Of a DNA stretch of 64,000 nt, positions 1-11,489 are shown piece after piece (position 1 is the stretch's first letter; each line of letters starts with the position of its first letter). This stretch comes from Takakia lepidozioides. Its lineage: Eukaryota; Plantae; Bryophyta. The notes beneath the pieces are model-generated. The model did not search any database and had not been told where the DNA came from. It saw only the letters and a program-made list of their open reading frames with translations. Location of the stretch: the NCBI GenBank assembly GCA_030704615.1, contig CM060733.1:75702001-75766000 (forward strand), in the 5' to 3' direction. The translations under genes were made by a program, and so were the position numbers.

Positions 1-1467
1 TTTGTCCCATTAATTTCTTAATTTGATCAAAATGGCCTTTGTTCCCTTTATATATATTTATATTTATATTTATATTTGTTATAATCCGATTTTTCCCCTT
101 GTCCATGTGAGACTACACATATTAGTTTGTACTGTGCCGTAAGTGCAATCCATAATCGACTGTTTTTAAAAATTTGAAATCGGCACCAAACTTTGTCAAC
201 CATTTTCCCATTACAATGTGCATCGACACTGAAGTAGAAGTCAAAAAATATTCTCATTAATGCATATGATACATATACATAGATATCATATAACTTTAGA
301 TATTTGAAGAAAATATCATTCACAGTAGAACTTGAATCAAATTGTTGCTGAATGTACGGAATGTTTTATCGAAAGAATGTTGAGTGACTCTCCCAACACT
401 GCTTAGAGAGGCTCAAAGAATGTAGAGTATACCTACTTTATCATGTTTATTCTTTAAGAACTAAGCTACACTATCTTTGTCAGACAATGTGATGGTGCAA
501 TTGATAAAGTCGTGGCCATGGATAGTGGAATTATATCAAATGGTTTTTCTCATGTATTCAGATATGTTATAATCACAATATTTCACGATCTCAACATCAT
601 TCTCTATATCTAATCCAACAATTTGCTTACCATTCATAGAGATGCGCAATGACAATTTTTGTATGTATATTAATCTCATTCATTTTTTAGGAGGATTTGT
701 TGGAACAGTAATAGTAGCATATAGAGAACCAGATAACATAAAATCAAGTCCAACATCAAAATCTGAAGCTCCAAAAACTAAATTGTCAAAAGAAACTTGC
801 GTGTTTCCAAAGCTCAACTCTGTAACAAAGTTTGCCTATAACACTTGAATATTTTAGAAGTTTTGTTATTTGGCAACATGGCGAAGATGTGCAAAGGAGT
901 GAACTCCTCCTTCATTGCCTCCCCTGATCACCTACTTTGGTTGCTTTCGGATGCCACACTTGCAAGGAGTGCTCTTTGAGAGTCTCTAATCCACAGGGGG
1001 ACTTTGTTAGAGTTTGCCTAGGCATTTGACTTGCGGGGCGCAATGATCATGACTGTCAAGCTCCCCATATAACCAATCATTGAGACATGACAATTCAATG
1101 GATGATACTAATATCCCAAATTCAATCTTTTGCTCCACAGCGGGTGAGTAAAAAACATACTTTCTACCTGAAAAATCATCAATCATATCTGACTCATGGT
1201 ATTTGTGGCATACCGGATTGCATTGATTTCTGCTTCAGCGTCGTCGACAATGAGACATTTGGCCGCCAGGTGGGCTTTTCTTGAAGGAGGGCATCACGCA
1301 ATGCTAACATCCACGGATAAGGTCTGATATTCGATTGCGTGCTGACAATATGTATGCAACCGGAATTCCGTTCAACCATTGGTCGAACACCATCAACGTG
1401 TACAAGGGGAACTGCATGAAATGACAATTTGTAATTAGCAGACCAGTGTCGTACCGACAGACCCTAT

Positions 1468-1551
1468 TTTAACAGGGTGTACTAGCACAGGGTCTACTGC
1501 AATAGGGTGAAAACGCACACGGTGTACTACAACTGTGTGAACACGCACAAG
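1468..1551. repeat. Minisatellite (ACAGGGT[C/G]TACT / ACACGCA units), left part
   Basis: Repeated cagggtgtact/cagggtctact/acacgca motifs; the array resumes at 2807 after the CACTA insertion. Confidence 0.75.
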
Positions 1552-2806
1552 CACTACTATGTTTGGGGGGGGGGGGGTTAGCGATGCCCCAGCGACCTCC
1601 AACCGCCGCGATTAACGACGGAAATACTCTACGGCGCCCGGGGCGCGCTGGGGGCATTTTGCGACGTCGGGAAGTCGCAGCGACGTCGCTCCCGGAACAT
1701 CGCTAATTAGCGTCGTCGGGAAATTGCAAACCCCCCGGGACCCCCCGGCCGCGGCGCCGGCGCGACTTGCGACGTCTGCACCGCGGAAAAAAAAAAAAAA
1801 AAACAAAACAAAACAAAACAAACAAACGTTTTTTTCTGCGACGTTTTTTCTGCGACATCGCATTAGGGACGTCCGGGGGTCGTAAATGCGACCCCCAGAC
1901 GTCACAGTAGGGGGGTACATCTGAATTTAGGTGGGAAAATTTGAATTTGGATTTGAATTTCAAAAATTAGTTGACCATTGACTCGGCGTTGACCACTGAC
2001 TCCGATTTTGTCCAATGGCAGTTCATGCATTGTTCTACATATATTAGGCAATGCATATTTGAACCTAGGACCTCCACATTATAACATTTCTAAGACACTG
2101 CACACTAACCAACAAATCTACAATACATCTATGTATCACAAAAGTAGTCCAAGTATATATATACATATCAAGAGTTAGCTCCTAGTGACTACCACTATCT
2201 CAATCCTATCATTGTGTTGCAGATTATGCGTACTCTACATGAGCTCTCACAGCTGGAACATGCACCGAGACTTGTCTCCAGAGTTCTTCAAGAACAAATA
2301 TCTATCAATGACCTAAGTTTTGCAAAACTGCATTACAACTTATTGTTAGACAATGGCTGTAGTCTGAGGATGCCAAGCCCATTATGCTCTACAATCTACT
2401 CCCAGAATCAATTTTCCGCGATGCCCCAGGACGCCGGGGAACCGCCAAAAAAAAAAAAAAAACACGGGTTGTTTTTTTTTTTTTTTTTTTTTTAATTTTA
2501 TTTTTTTCGGGCATTGCGATTCCCCGCCGTTTGCACGGCCGTCGCAGGGCTGCGGCGCTGCGACGTCTTGTTGCGATTCCTCGGCGTCGCAACATCCCGG
2601 GGGCGTCGGAACCCCCCCAGTGCGTTGGCGGGGGAATGGGGTCATGCCCTTTTCTGGCGACGGCATGGCATCGCAAGATGCCACAACGTCGTACGACACC
2701 CCGACGTCGCAAGTCCCGAGCCGGGCGCCTGTGCGACACTGCAGTCGCAGGGGGGTTGACGCGTCCGGGGTCCTGGCGTCGCTAACCCCCCCTAAACGTA
2801 GTAGTG
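1552..2806. mobile_element. Non-autonomous CACTA (En/Spm) element, 1255 bp
   Basis: Left end CACTACTATGTTTG(n)TTAGCGATGCC; right end reverse-complements to CACTACTACGTTTAG(7)TTAGCGACGCC. 3-bp flanks AAG/AGG (one mismatch). GC-rich subterminal TGCGAC/GTCGCA repeats and an AT-rich non-coding core. Confidence 0.9.
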
Positions 2807-3050
2807 AGGGTCTACTATAACAGGGTAAACACGCAAAAGGGTCTGCCGTAAAACAGAGTGCAGTGGAAGGTTTGCTGGAACAGGGTGTACTGGGACAAGG
2901 TCTATAACAGTTAGGTCTATCGTATCTTGGTGAACACGCACAGGGTCTACTGTAACAGGGTGAACACGCAAAAGGGTCTGCCGTAAAACAGAGTGCAGTG
3001 GAAGGTCTGCTGGAATAGGGTGTACTAGGACAGGGTCTACAACAGTTAGG
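2807..3050. repeat. Minisatellite, right part, with an internal duplication
   Basis: Same units as 1468-1551; the block acacgcaaaagggtctgccgtaaaacagagtgcagtggaagg occurs twice. Confidence 0.75.
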
Positions 3051-5021
3051 TTTATCGGGATTGAGGACGAATGAACAATGCACCACAAGAGTGGGAGACC
3101 ATTGTAGTATGTTATCATGCTAGCATAAGCCTGTGGAGAGGGTCCATGGCAGACCTTGTGATGGTTAGTTCCAAATGTAGCATCGCAAGCTACGATGCGC
3201 GCATGGCCCAAGTCCAACATCTTGCCAAGGAGTCTGAATCCCAATGGTGAAAGGTCAAATCTCCATCAAAATGTTGAAATGTGGGTGCCAATGATTCCTC
3301 CTGGTAGAAGAAGACCGAGTCTAGGTTTTGATCTTTCCACATACGCACGGATTGTGCGTCATCAGCGTGTTTTTTGAATGCCAGGCTCGTTTTTCAGCGA
3401 GATTTCGGACATCTTGCTCGAGGAGAAAGTCGTCGCGTGTCCATGCGTCTCCCAAGCCACTGTTCTGCATGACGTGCTCCTTGTGTTCAATCATGACTTG
3501 TGCGACACTCAAGCCTCAAGACAAGCATTCTATGATCCACTTTTTGAGCTCCTCGCTTATATGTGGAGCATAAGCATATCGGCTGAACTGGAACTCAGCA
3601 TATCCGCCATGAGAGGGTTTTCCGGACACATCCAGGTGTTGCATGTTGTTATAATATGTGATGACCCCAATGTCTGGAGCAAGATAACATTGCGAGACTT
3701 TGAAACAACAGAGGCACCCACGCTTGTAAGACTCGCCGTATTGGCTTTTCTTTCGTCTTGGACTTTTGTGAGGATTACTGCTTCCAGCCCCAACGTCCGG
3801 ACCTCCTCGTTTGACTTTAGGATCCGTGATAGTCAAATTGTTGGTGCGCTTGTCCTCTGGTCCATAGCAACACTGATACCTGGACAAGGTCATATGTCAT
3901 CGACACCGGAGTATGTCATCGACACCCATGGAGTTCTGCAAGCATGTAAGACAGCCTAAACCCTATCTACATATGATGCATGTACATGTCCGGCAAGCAC
4001 AGGGCATGAACAAAGAGGCAGTGTGAGAATAGGGGGATGCTAGAGTGTGAGCCTAGCCACGTGAGCCCAGGAGCCTGTGAGCCCAGGACACGTGGTATGA
4101 TTTTGAGAAAGATGCGGCGTCTATTTCCATGGAAGATGATCCATTACCGTAGAAACACGTCTTCATCCATATTAACCTGCAACCCCAAACAGAAACCCTA
4201 ACCCTTGTCAGCCTTAGGGACCCACCTCAACCCCGACAGTGAACCTCGCCATCCCGCCCCTGTGCATGATACTGCGCACTGACATCATCCATGGGACCAT
4301 CCATGCATGCAACATTCATCCACAGTGTACATCCAATCGGGGTTCATCCATCCAAAAACATTCATCCTCCATCCATCCAACCAAATATTGGTGTGATGGC
4401 ATATGTCGAATGACTGTCTACTGGACTATGCACATATTCATCTCTGTTGAAAAACATTTATTGAATGCACACGGTTGAATTGGAGAGCAATGTTTAGAAG
4501 GAAAACACTTTCAAATTCGTCGGATGCGGGGGAGAGAATGTTTCAATTCAGGGATGTGAATTTCATTGTAGTCCGTGCTCATTACAACGGATGGTGGGAA
4601 GAGAAATGGTGGTGCAACGGAAAACGGAGAGTGTGTCCCCTCATGTTCCATAAATGAATGCCCTCAAGTACATCCGTAGGTGGCGTCAACACTGCTACTG
4701 CTACCACCTGAAACTGCTGCACTATCATCTATGAAGACCTTTGCGCGAAGGTGCCTGAGCGTCTTCCTAGAACTCCAACGCAAGGGTAGGGGAGAAAGCA
4801 CAGCTGCTTGCACTTGAGCAATGCCTTCCGCGTAATCAGGAAGGACATAATTAGGAGGTGGGCTCCAGCACAAGTCCCTCAAGTATATGGAAGACAGGGG
4901 TCACGGAAATGCGCTCACATTCCTACAATCAGAAATGCACCATTTGGGTAACAATCAGACAACAGAAGGGGACGCGACAGAGCATATACACAGGGATCAA
5001 ATAGACAGAAAATGAACTTAC

Positions 5022-5592
5022 TCACATGAAAAGTCATTGTCCAGGTCCTTGTCGTCTCCATCGAGGATATCAATTTGCGCAGTGACATCCTTGACATTGG
5101 AGGTAGACGCGCCCCCTTGCAACTCGGCGAGGAGGCCAGTGAAAATATCTGCATCTCCTTCCATCCCAAACAAGTGCCTGCCACCTGCCTTGCAAGCATG
5201 GTAAGAAGCGTCTACAAGAGACAGATTGAAGGAATTAGAGTTTTAGAATATTGAGTAAAGAAGGTGCAGAAGAAAAGAAATCGATGACAAAGGCAAGAAG
5301 AGAAACCTGTGCCGAGAGTGAGATCTATGATGCAGGCCCCTGGTCGAGAATAACTCTCAATGATCGTTTGGATAAAAGCCGGGCTTTTTTCACGGGCCCC
5401 TCTCCAAGGCGTTCCATTTGGCTTTCGCAAACATACGTTGGAGTCGACCTAGTTGTAGTGCATGTCGTCGACGACAGGATCAAACCTCTCGTTTATGAAA
5501 CATCCTCCCCCATGAAGCTCGAACTCCACCACTGTGGTGGGAGTCGACAGTGGATGTACCCTCACGAGACAGACGGCCTCAAATAGACGGGT
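5022..5592 (-). pseudogene. Beta-class N4C/N6A DNA methyltransferase-like gene, copy 1 (C-terminal exons)
   Basis: Exon 5592-5307 reads ..PWRGAREKSPAFIQTIIESYSRPGACIIDLTLGT. After intron 5306-5212 it continues (D)ASYHACKAGGRHLFGMEGD. This matches the KP..L...I...S.PG..VLDPF.GSG....A...GR...G.E pattern of N6_N4_Mtase. One in-frame TAG. Confidence 0.75.
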
Positions 5593-5760
5593 CTGCGATG
5601 AAGAGGACAATAATTAGTGATGAATGTTTCATAGCACATTTGGGTGGGAGTGCAGACCCATTCCGGATGGAACTGGTTCAGAGTCATTGCTCATGCACCG
5701 CCATAACTGAGTGTGCTGAAGCACTCAATTCAGGCAGTGCGAACAGCATGACTTCATAAC

Positions 5761-5891
5761 GACTGAGGGATTTGAATTGCTTCGCCATAACAAAAGAGTT
5801 TCTCAACACGAAACTCTAGGGTGACAGTGATTTTGTTCAAAAACCTCCATGCTTTTGAAACAATATGGAAGGACATGGACAGAGAGATTTG
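5761..5891. repeat. Single 117-bp repeat unit, inverted relative to the 6358 array
   Basis: Starts gactgagggatttgaattgcttcgccataacaaaagagtttctcaacacgaaactc, the reverse complement of the 6358-6694 units. Confidence 0.85.
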
Positions 5892-6119
5892 GATGGGTGC
5901 CAGTCGCAGCGTTCTTTGCCTCCGCCCCGAGCTCGGACAGTGACAGGCTCCGCGCTTTGCGTCTTTTCTGTATTTGCCCACCCAGACATTGTCAGTACAA
6001 AATGCCAGGAGCATATGGACAAAGCACTACATTGCATACCACATAACAACAAATTCTGCACAAGGGATAAAACCCACTCGTGGGTGTTTCTTCCATCACA
6101 ACATGGCACAACGTAAGAG

Positions 6120-6357
6120 CTACGAGAAGGGGGTGTGGGAGATTACCAAACGGGCTGCTTGGCCTGCAACTCCTGCCCGGCCCCAACGCGAGGGGTTCGT
6201 GACACAAGCACGCGCTTGCTTCATCCCTTCCGCCTTTGCAAGTCCACGAGGGGACTCCCAGTATGCAACAAGCTTATCCCAATAGGCGGGTTCAGTGTTC
6301 ATTGGCCTCACACCAGTCTTCGCCCATTTATCTTTCAGTTTTGCTCTTTCTCCTTTC
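6120..6357 (-). pseudogene. Transposase_24 (Ptta/En/Spm TnpA-like) domain fragment
   Basis: YWDKLVAYWESPRGLAKAEGMKQARACVTNPSRWGRAGVAGQAARL; clearly homologous to 20172-20852. Confidence 0.6.
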
Positions 6358-6694
6358 AAATCCCTCAGTCCATATCCCTCCATATGGGTTAAAAAACATG
6401 CAGGTTTTTTAACAAAAACACTGTCATAAAAGAGTTTCGTGTTGAGAAACTCTTTTGTTATGGCGAAGCAATTCAAATCTCTCAATCCGTATCTCTCCAC
6501 ATTGGTTAAAAAACATACAGGTTTTTGAACAAAAACACTGTCAGAGAATAGTTTCATGTTGAGAAACTCTTTTGTTACGGCGAAGCAATTCAAATCCCTC
6601 AGTCCATGTCCCTCTATATTGGTTCAAAAGCATGCAAGTTTTTTAACAAAAACACTGTCAGAGAAGACTTTCGTGTTGAGAAACTCTTTTGTTA
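6358..6694. repeat. 117-bp tandem repeat, about 3 units
   Basis: Units start near 6358, 6475 and 6592; each has an AGAGTTTC/GAAACTCT-type palindrome. Confidence 0.9.
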
Positions 6695-7293
6695 TTTTCT
6701 ACCCTCTGAAAGGTACTCATTTCCTTGCCTATTTCATACCCAATGTCAATACACTCTCTTCCATAAAAGTATGCTGCAGACTGTTAATCGAATCTCGCTG
6801 TAGGCAGAAAAGTGAGTGTGAGAGAACCTCCAGAAACTGCGTGCGTTGACGCACGCAATTTCTGGGGGTTCTCTCACACTCACTTTGCGGAGTTTTTAGG
6901 GCTTCTATCGCTGTTAACATAGCACAACTGTAACTTCGGAGATAGGGTAATGATCGTTCGAGAAATGAGAGAAGGTCATAGAGAGAACCTTGCGCACGCA
7001 AATTCTGGAGGTTCTCTCTATGGCCTTCTCTCATTTCTCGAACTCTAATCTCACTACTCGGGATGGTACAACCATTATGAAATGTGAAAGTCTCTCCTCC
7101 TATGCAGTACATGAAAAGTGAGTAGTGGGTCACCCCCGGGTTTGGGTGTTGTGCATTGCCTGCATCCCTGTGGTCTTACTCTGAATGATCAAGCATAAAA
7201 TAGCAGAAAAGAGGGCAAGAAAATTGCGTGCGCCACCGCACGCAATTTTCATGCCCTGGAAACTCGACAGAAGATGGCAAGTAAGAGAATCAC

Positions 7294-7626
7294 CTAAGGT
7301 CCTTTGGCCGAAGAACTCCCAGATGCCTTCGATGTAGCAACAATGGTGGCCGTCCTCCTAGTTTGGGCAGCCTTCTTACCCTTCGGTGTCGCCTCCTCCT
7401 CCACGACGTTCTTCCCTTTCGGCGTGGATTCCTTCGCAAGAGCGTCTGCCTCGTCTGTGTCCATAGCGTCTGTGTCCATAGCGTCTGTGTCGTCCTCTGA
7501 CACAGTTTCGTCCCCAACTTCATCAGGAGCTGGCGGTTGGTCCTCCCTCGCCATGTGTTCGGTTTCCAGGGCTGCGCTCTCCTCTACGATCTCCTTCGGT
7601 GTCATGTTCAACTTGCGACCTTTCAT
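7294..7626 (-). CDS. Acidic/basic low-complexity ORF, probable first exon of the element's accessory gene
   Basis: 110-aa ORF (EDDTDAMDTDAMDTDE, TPKGK repeats), divergent from the transposase; function unknown. Confidence 0.35.
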   Translation of the reverse strand: MKGRKLNMTPKEIVEESAALETEHMAREDQPPAPDEVGDETVSEDDTDAMDTDAMDTDEADALAKESTPKGKNVVEEEATPKGKKAAQTRRTATIVATSKASGSSSAKGP

Positions 7627-8344
7627 TCTCTCTCTTGCCTTCTTCCTCTCTTGCGCTTAAGTAAAAAAGAATGATTGTCTTCTATGCCTTCCACTCTCTC
7701 GCGCAGAACTCTGTCTCCTGCTACTCTCCAGCTTGAAAAACTACGATCTACTGGAATGAGAGACGTCGTGCGATGAGTAGCAGCCGGGGCATCGCTCTCG
7801 GCGGTTATGCATGTATTAACTGCATACGTGTCCCCCTCCTAACGGCACACTCGTCCATTCTGCAGTGGCTGCCGTCTTTCATTATGGAGGTATGGCCATC
7901 GCATAGATTTGATACGGATGGATGACTTATTTCAGTAGATTTTTTGGATTCTCCCGGTTTAACATCTTCCATTCGTTCGCCGCCGATTCCTCTTAAACCC
8001 TACACTCAATGAATTGTCGGGTTCCACGTGGCTGAACACATTGGGATGGCATGGGATGTCGGTCTCCGTCGTCATTTCATATGGGTCGGTAAAGGCACAT
8101 AACTGCTTACCAACTGTTTTATGAACTGTTTTGACAACTGTTTCTGAAAGGCTCTTTAACGGTATGTCAACTTTTAAAATAGGTCTTGGCTGACCCTTCC
8201 AGAATGGTTTGGGACATAAATGACGTGTTGTCCTTTGCCGACCTTGTTAGTAAAGGTGATGGACTTCTAGGTTTCGGTCTGAAATGTAAAGCATGAGAAA
8301 TGTAATCCCCACTATCGTTTGTAGCAAAAATCCGCACAGAAGTT

Positions 8345-11000
8345 ATGGCTTCCGCACTTCTGCGAGGGAATTTCTCTTACAGCAACATGGCTTCCTCCGA
8401 AGCGGAGTTTTACTCTGTGGAGAAACTAGTACCTTTCTCGAAAGAGACCGATGACAATGGTTTTGCAATTGCAGAGGAACATCTCTTATCAACGCGTTTC
8501 GAGTTCCAGTATGGTACTGTGTGGCTCGAAAGAGAGGTTTACGGTGTCGATGGGAAGTTGATGAAGTATGCTTTCCAGAAACCGGATGAAAACGCACTTA
8601 TGAGTCAGTGGAGAGTTCCTCCAGGAAGATACAAGGTCCTTAGAGCTCCTCGCGCGACAGTCGATTGGTTCATATGTGACTTCCAAAAATTCCTTTTGTG
8701 GTTCCTTCTCCGGTGGTCGTGAACATTAAAAACCAGGTGAATGCATTGAGGATGGGCTCTGCTAACAGAGGTTACGTTGATAACATTTTCGAGTTGAAGC
8801 GACGGAGCAGGTATGACTACATTCAAGAGAGAGTGTTCCCAGGTCAAGGGTCAAACAAAGTGTACCTTTTCAAAATGTCCACAGCCGGGGAGGGCAGCAG
8901 AGTCAGTCTTGTGAAGCGCATGAAGAAGGGTGGCGATTTTCAGAACTGTTTCCTTATGTTTGATCACGTCAAACGAGTGAAAGACTGACTACAATGGCGT
9001 GTCATGTTTACGATCCTTTCTACCAGCGAGTCATGACAATTGCAGTGTGTGACATGCAATCAGAGGATGCGGATTTGCAGCAGCTAATGTGGAGAAGTCT
9101 CATTGGCTTTATGGACTCCCAAGGTGTCCCATCTCCAAATTTTGCCGGATTTATGGCCGACAGTGCTCAAGCGAATTTCAATGCTGTTCGCATTGTGTTT
9201 GGATCAAGAGATTCAAATGTGCCAATGCCAGGAAGAGAGTGAACATGTCTTTTCCATTGGACCCAGTCCCTTGAGAAACATACAAAGGCAGACATCAAAC
9301 CGGAAATGCAGCCTATTCATCTTAGGCTATGCAAACAATACAAAGATGCCAAAAGCATGGCAAAGGCGAATACATTGTTCCAAACAATTCATGCCCGATG
9401 GTTCTCATCTGGGGCTGCATCAGAAGACAATATGAGAGCGCTAGAAGACTGGCTGACATTTTGGCACTTCCGGTACAGACAATGGGGAGCATGCATGACA
9501 ACGGTGCATGCATTTGAGAACTTGCAAATTTCATCAAGTTTGTATCCATTTCCAATCATGTCAGTTGTGGTGGGGTGTGCCTGTCCTCTTTCTGATATAT
9601 GTTTTTCCATTTTGCAACACTTCTCAATTGAGGAGATGGCGGACATGCCCTCTTGCAATCTGGCGGAGACAGTGCACAATGTATGGTTGCAGCAATCTGG
9701 AAAGCGGGGCCGGGATTTGTATGTGGCGACGGCAGATGATCTGATTCGAGCTCTACTGCAACAGACGAGATATTGGGAGTTCTTGCGGGGTGGCGTTGGT
9801 GGCAAGGGTCCAGACAAGTCCGAGTTGATGTTGCGAGTAGCAAGAAGATCAGGGGATCCGAACAAGATTGCTAGGGCTGTCAGCATGTGTGCGGAAGGAA
9901 CTCCACTGGTGTCCAGAGTTCCCCATCTAGAGGGTGAGGAGAGATTCGGGTCTTATAAACAGAAATTGAACACCCCTCCTGGGTCGGATGCAAACTCCCA
10001 CAGGCCAAGCAGAGACAACTTCTCCATGCCGCGTGTTCCATTTCATCAGAGGTTCATTTCCGGCATATCCAGTGCGGACGATCCTTTGTCACAAAGCCAA
10101 TGGCAGCTATCGCCCACAGTGAGTGTAATGGGGCAGGAGGCAAACGTACTCCCCCATGTGGTGGAGTCCATGTGCCCCGACAAAGTTTGGCACATAGAAC
10201 GCACCACTGCTGGGTCTCGAGTGAAGTGCACGGCAATCAGAGCAACCAATCGTGCGAAATGCAAGTCCTCCAGATCCAGAGGCAAGGTCCGCACTCCGGC
10301 TCCGACCTTCACTGGTTTGTTCACGCCTTATGGACAAGCTGAGGCGAAGAACCACAAATTCTGGTTCTGCCCTGACGACTGTGGTAGGTGCGTGTGTGGG
10401 ACTGTGCGACCATCGGTTGTCATGAAGCCTCCTCCACCAAGCGTTTGGCCTATGAAGGTGGGGACACATCTCACAACTCACGAGATTGCCATGTTGGAGG
10501 AGGCGGGCTTCTCCCTTTAGCGAGCCCCCTCTGTACATGCAAGTGCTTCTACTTCAACAAGTTATTGAGTGCCACCACCCAACGCTGATGCATGGCCAAC
10601 AAAACGAAATGGGAAGCTGGTTTGTCGTTTCCCTCCGACTGCCGAGCATTTCGGCAAGGTGGAATCCGCTCAAATGCTTCAAGGTCGTGTTACAGGCACT
10701 ACGGAAGTTCTACATCCCGGGTATGGACGAATCTACATTATGATGACCTCTACATCCGCTATGCACGACCGGTTGTACGACATCACAGTTTCAAATTTCC
10801 CCAACTGCACCCGTCCTGATTTTATTGGCATGCTTACAACAAGTTTGAGAAAGACAGGAAAATTTATACCCTGCAAGCATCTGTATTTTATCTTCTTGAA
10901 AATAATGGTTTCTGATCCCAGACGCGACATCTTCATTCACTAGGCCACCATGAGTTTCAACGAGGTGAATACACTTATGCAGCGGGATAAGAGCACATAG
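8345..11000 (+). pseudogene. MULE-type DDE transposase with C-terminal SWIM zinc finger
   Basis: MFDHVKRV (D1), FMADSAQANFNAVR (D2), RTCLFHW (CxxH), CNLAETVHN (E) and NCTRPDF..PCKHLYF (degenerate SWIM). Interrupted by several stops and a frameshift near 8695. Confidence 0.8.
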
Positions 11001-11489
11001 CATCCGCTTCACTCTAGTCATTTGCAAATTCCATTACTGGATTTCACAAGAGTTGAAACTTGAACTTGATGTCCCTTCATATATGTGGTGCCAATGCAGC
11101 CTCCAATTATGTTGTGCAATGTGTGCCATTTCTTTCTTGTGTGTAATCGTTCGAAAATAAATGGAATGGATGCAAATGCTTTCACAAGTCGTTCCTGCAT
11201 TTTAATTTCTGGCGTTTTGCATGAATGAATGCCATGGCTATAGGCCCCTCGGCTATAGGTGCTCTATGTTTCTGATGACATGGCATCTGGCAAGTTGTCC
11301 AGATGCCACGTTATTCTGACGACTGCCACGTCAGCCGGATATTGACACGTCAGCAGGCCCACGCCACATCAGCGCGACCCCACGCTCACGCCACATCAGC
11401 TGGTGTGAGCCTGTGCTCACGCCACATCACCTCCGCGTGAGCATACGCTCTCACGCTCACACTCATGCTCACGCGGAAGTCACGTCCCC

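Larger units (their letters stand above)
1214..3893 (-). pseudogene. MULE/SWIM-family transposase-like gene (At1g60560/At4g13970-like), decayed and truncated
   Basis: Spliced translation gives YQCCYGPED..KRGCLCCF..H..PSHG..YAPHISEELKKWI..TRDDFLLEQDVRNL..IVACDATFGTNHHK|FPLYTLMVFDQWLNGIPVAY..WRP..IVDDAEAEINAIR. This includes the first two catalytic Asp motifs. GT-AG intron at 1412-3154; stops and frameshifts present. Confidence 0.75.
4032..11489. mobile_element. Large MULE-type DNA transposon carrying methyltransferase-like and Transposase_24-like genes
   Basis: Left end GGGGGATGCTAGAGTGTGAGCC; right end (rc) GGGGACGTGACTTCCGCGTGAGC; GTGAGC-rich subterminal repeats at both ends. Internal divergent genes. 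No matching TSD found. Confidence 0.6.

Noticed and set aside
1-1100. Short ORFs in the AT-rich start of the window
   Set aside because: No recognisable motif or exon structure.
1612-3086. GC-rich ORFs as proteins
   Set aside because: They arise from CACTA subterminal repeats, homopolymers and the minisatellite.
6358-6694. 39-aa repeat protein
   Set aside because: Open frames follow from the 117-bp period; the unit occurs in both orientations and has no coding support.
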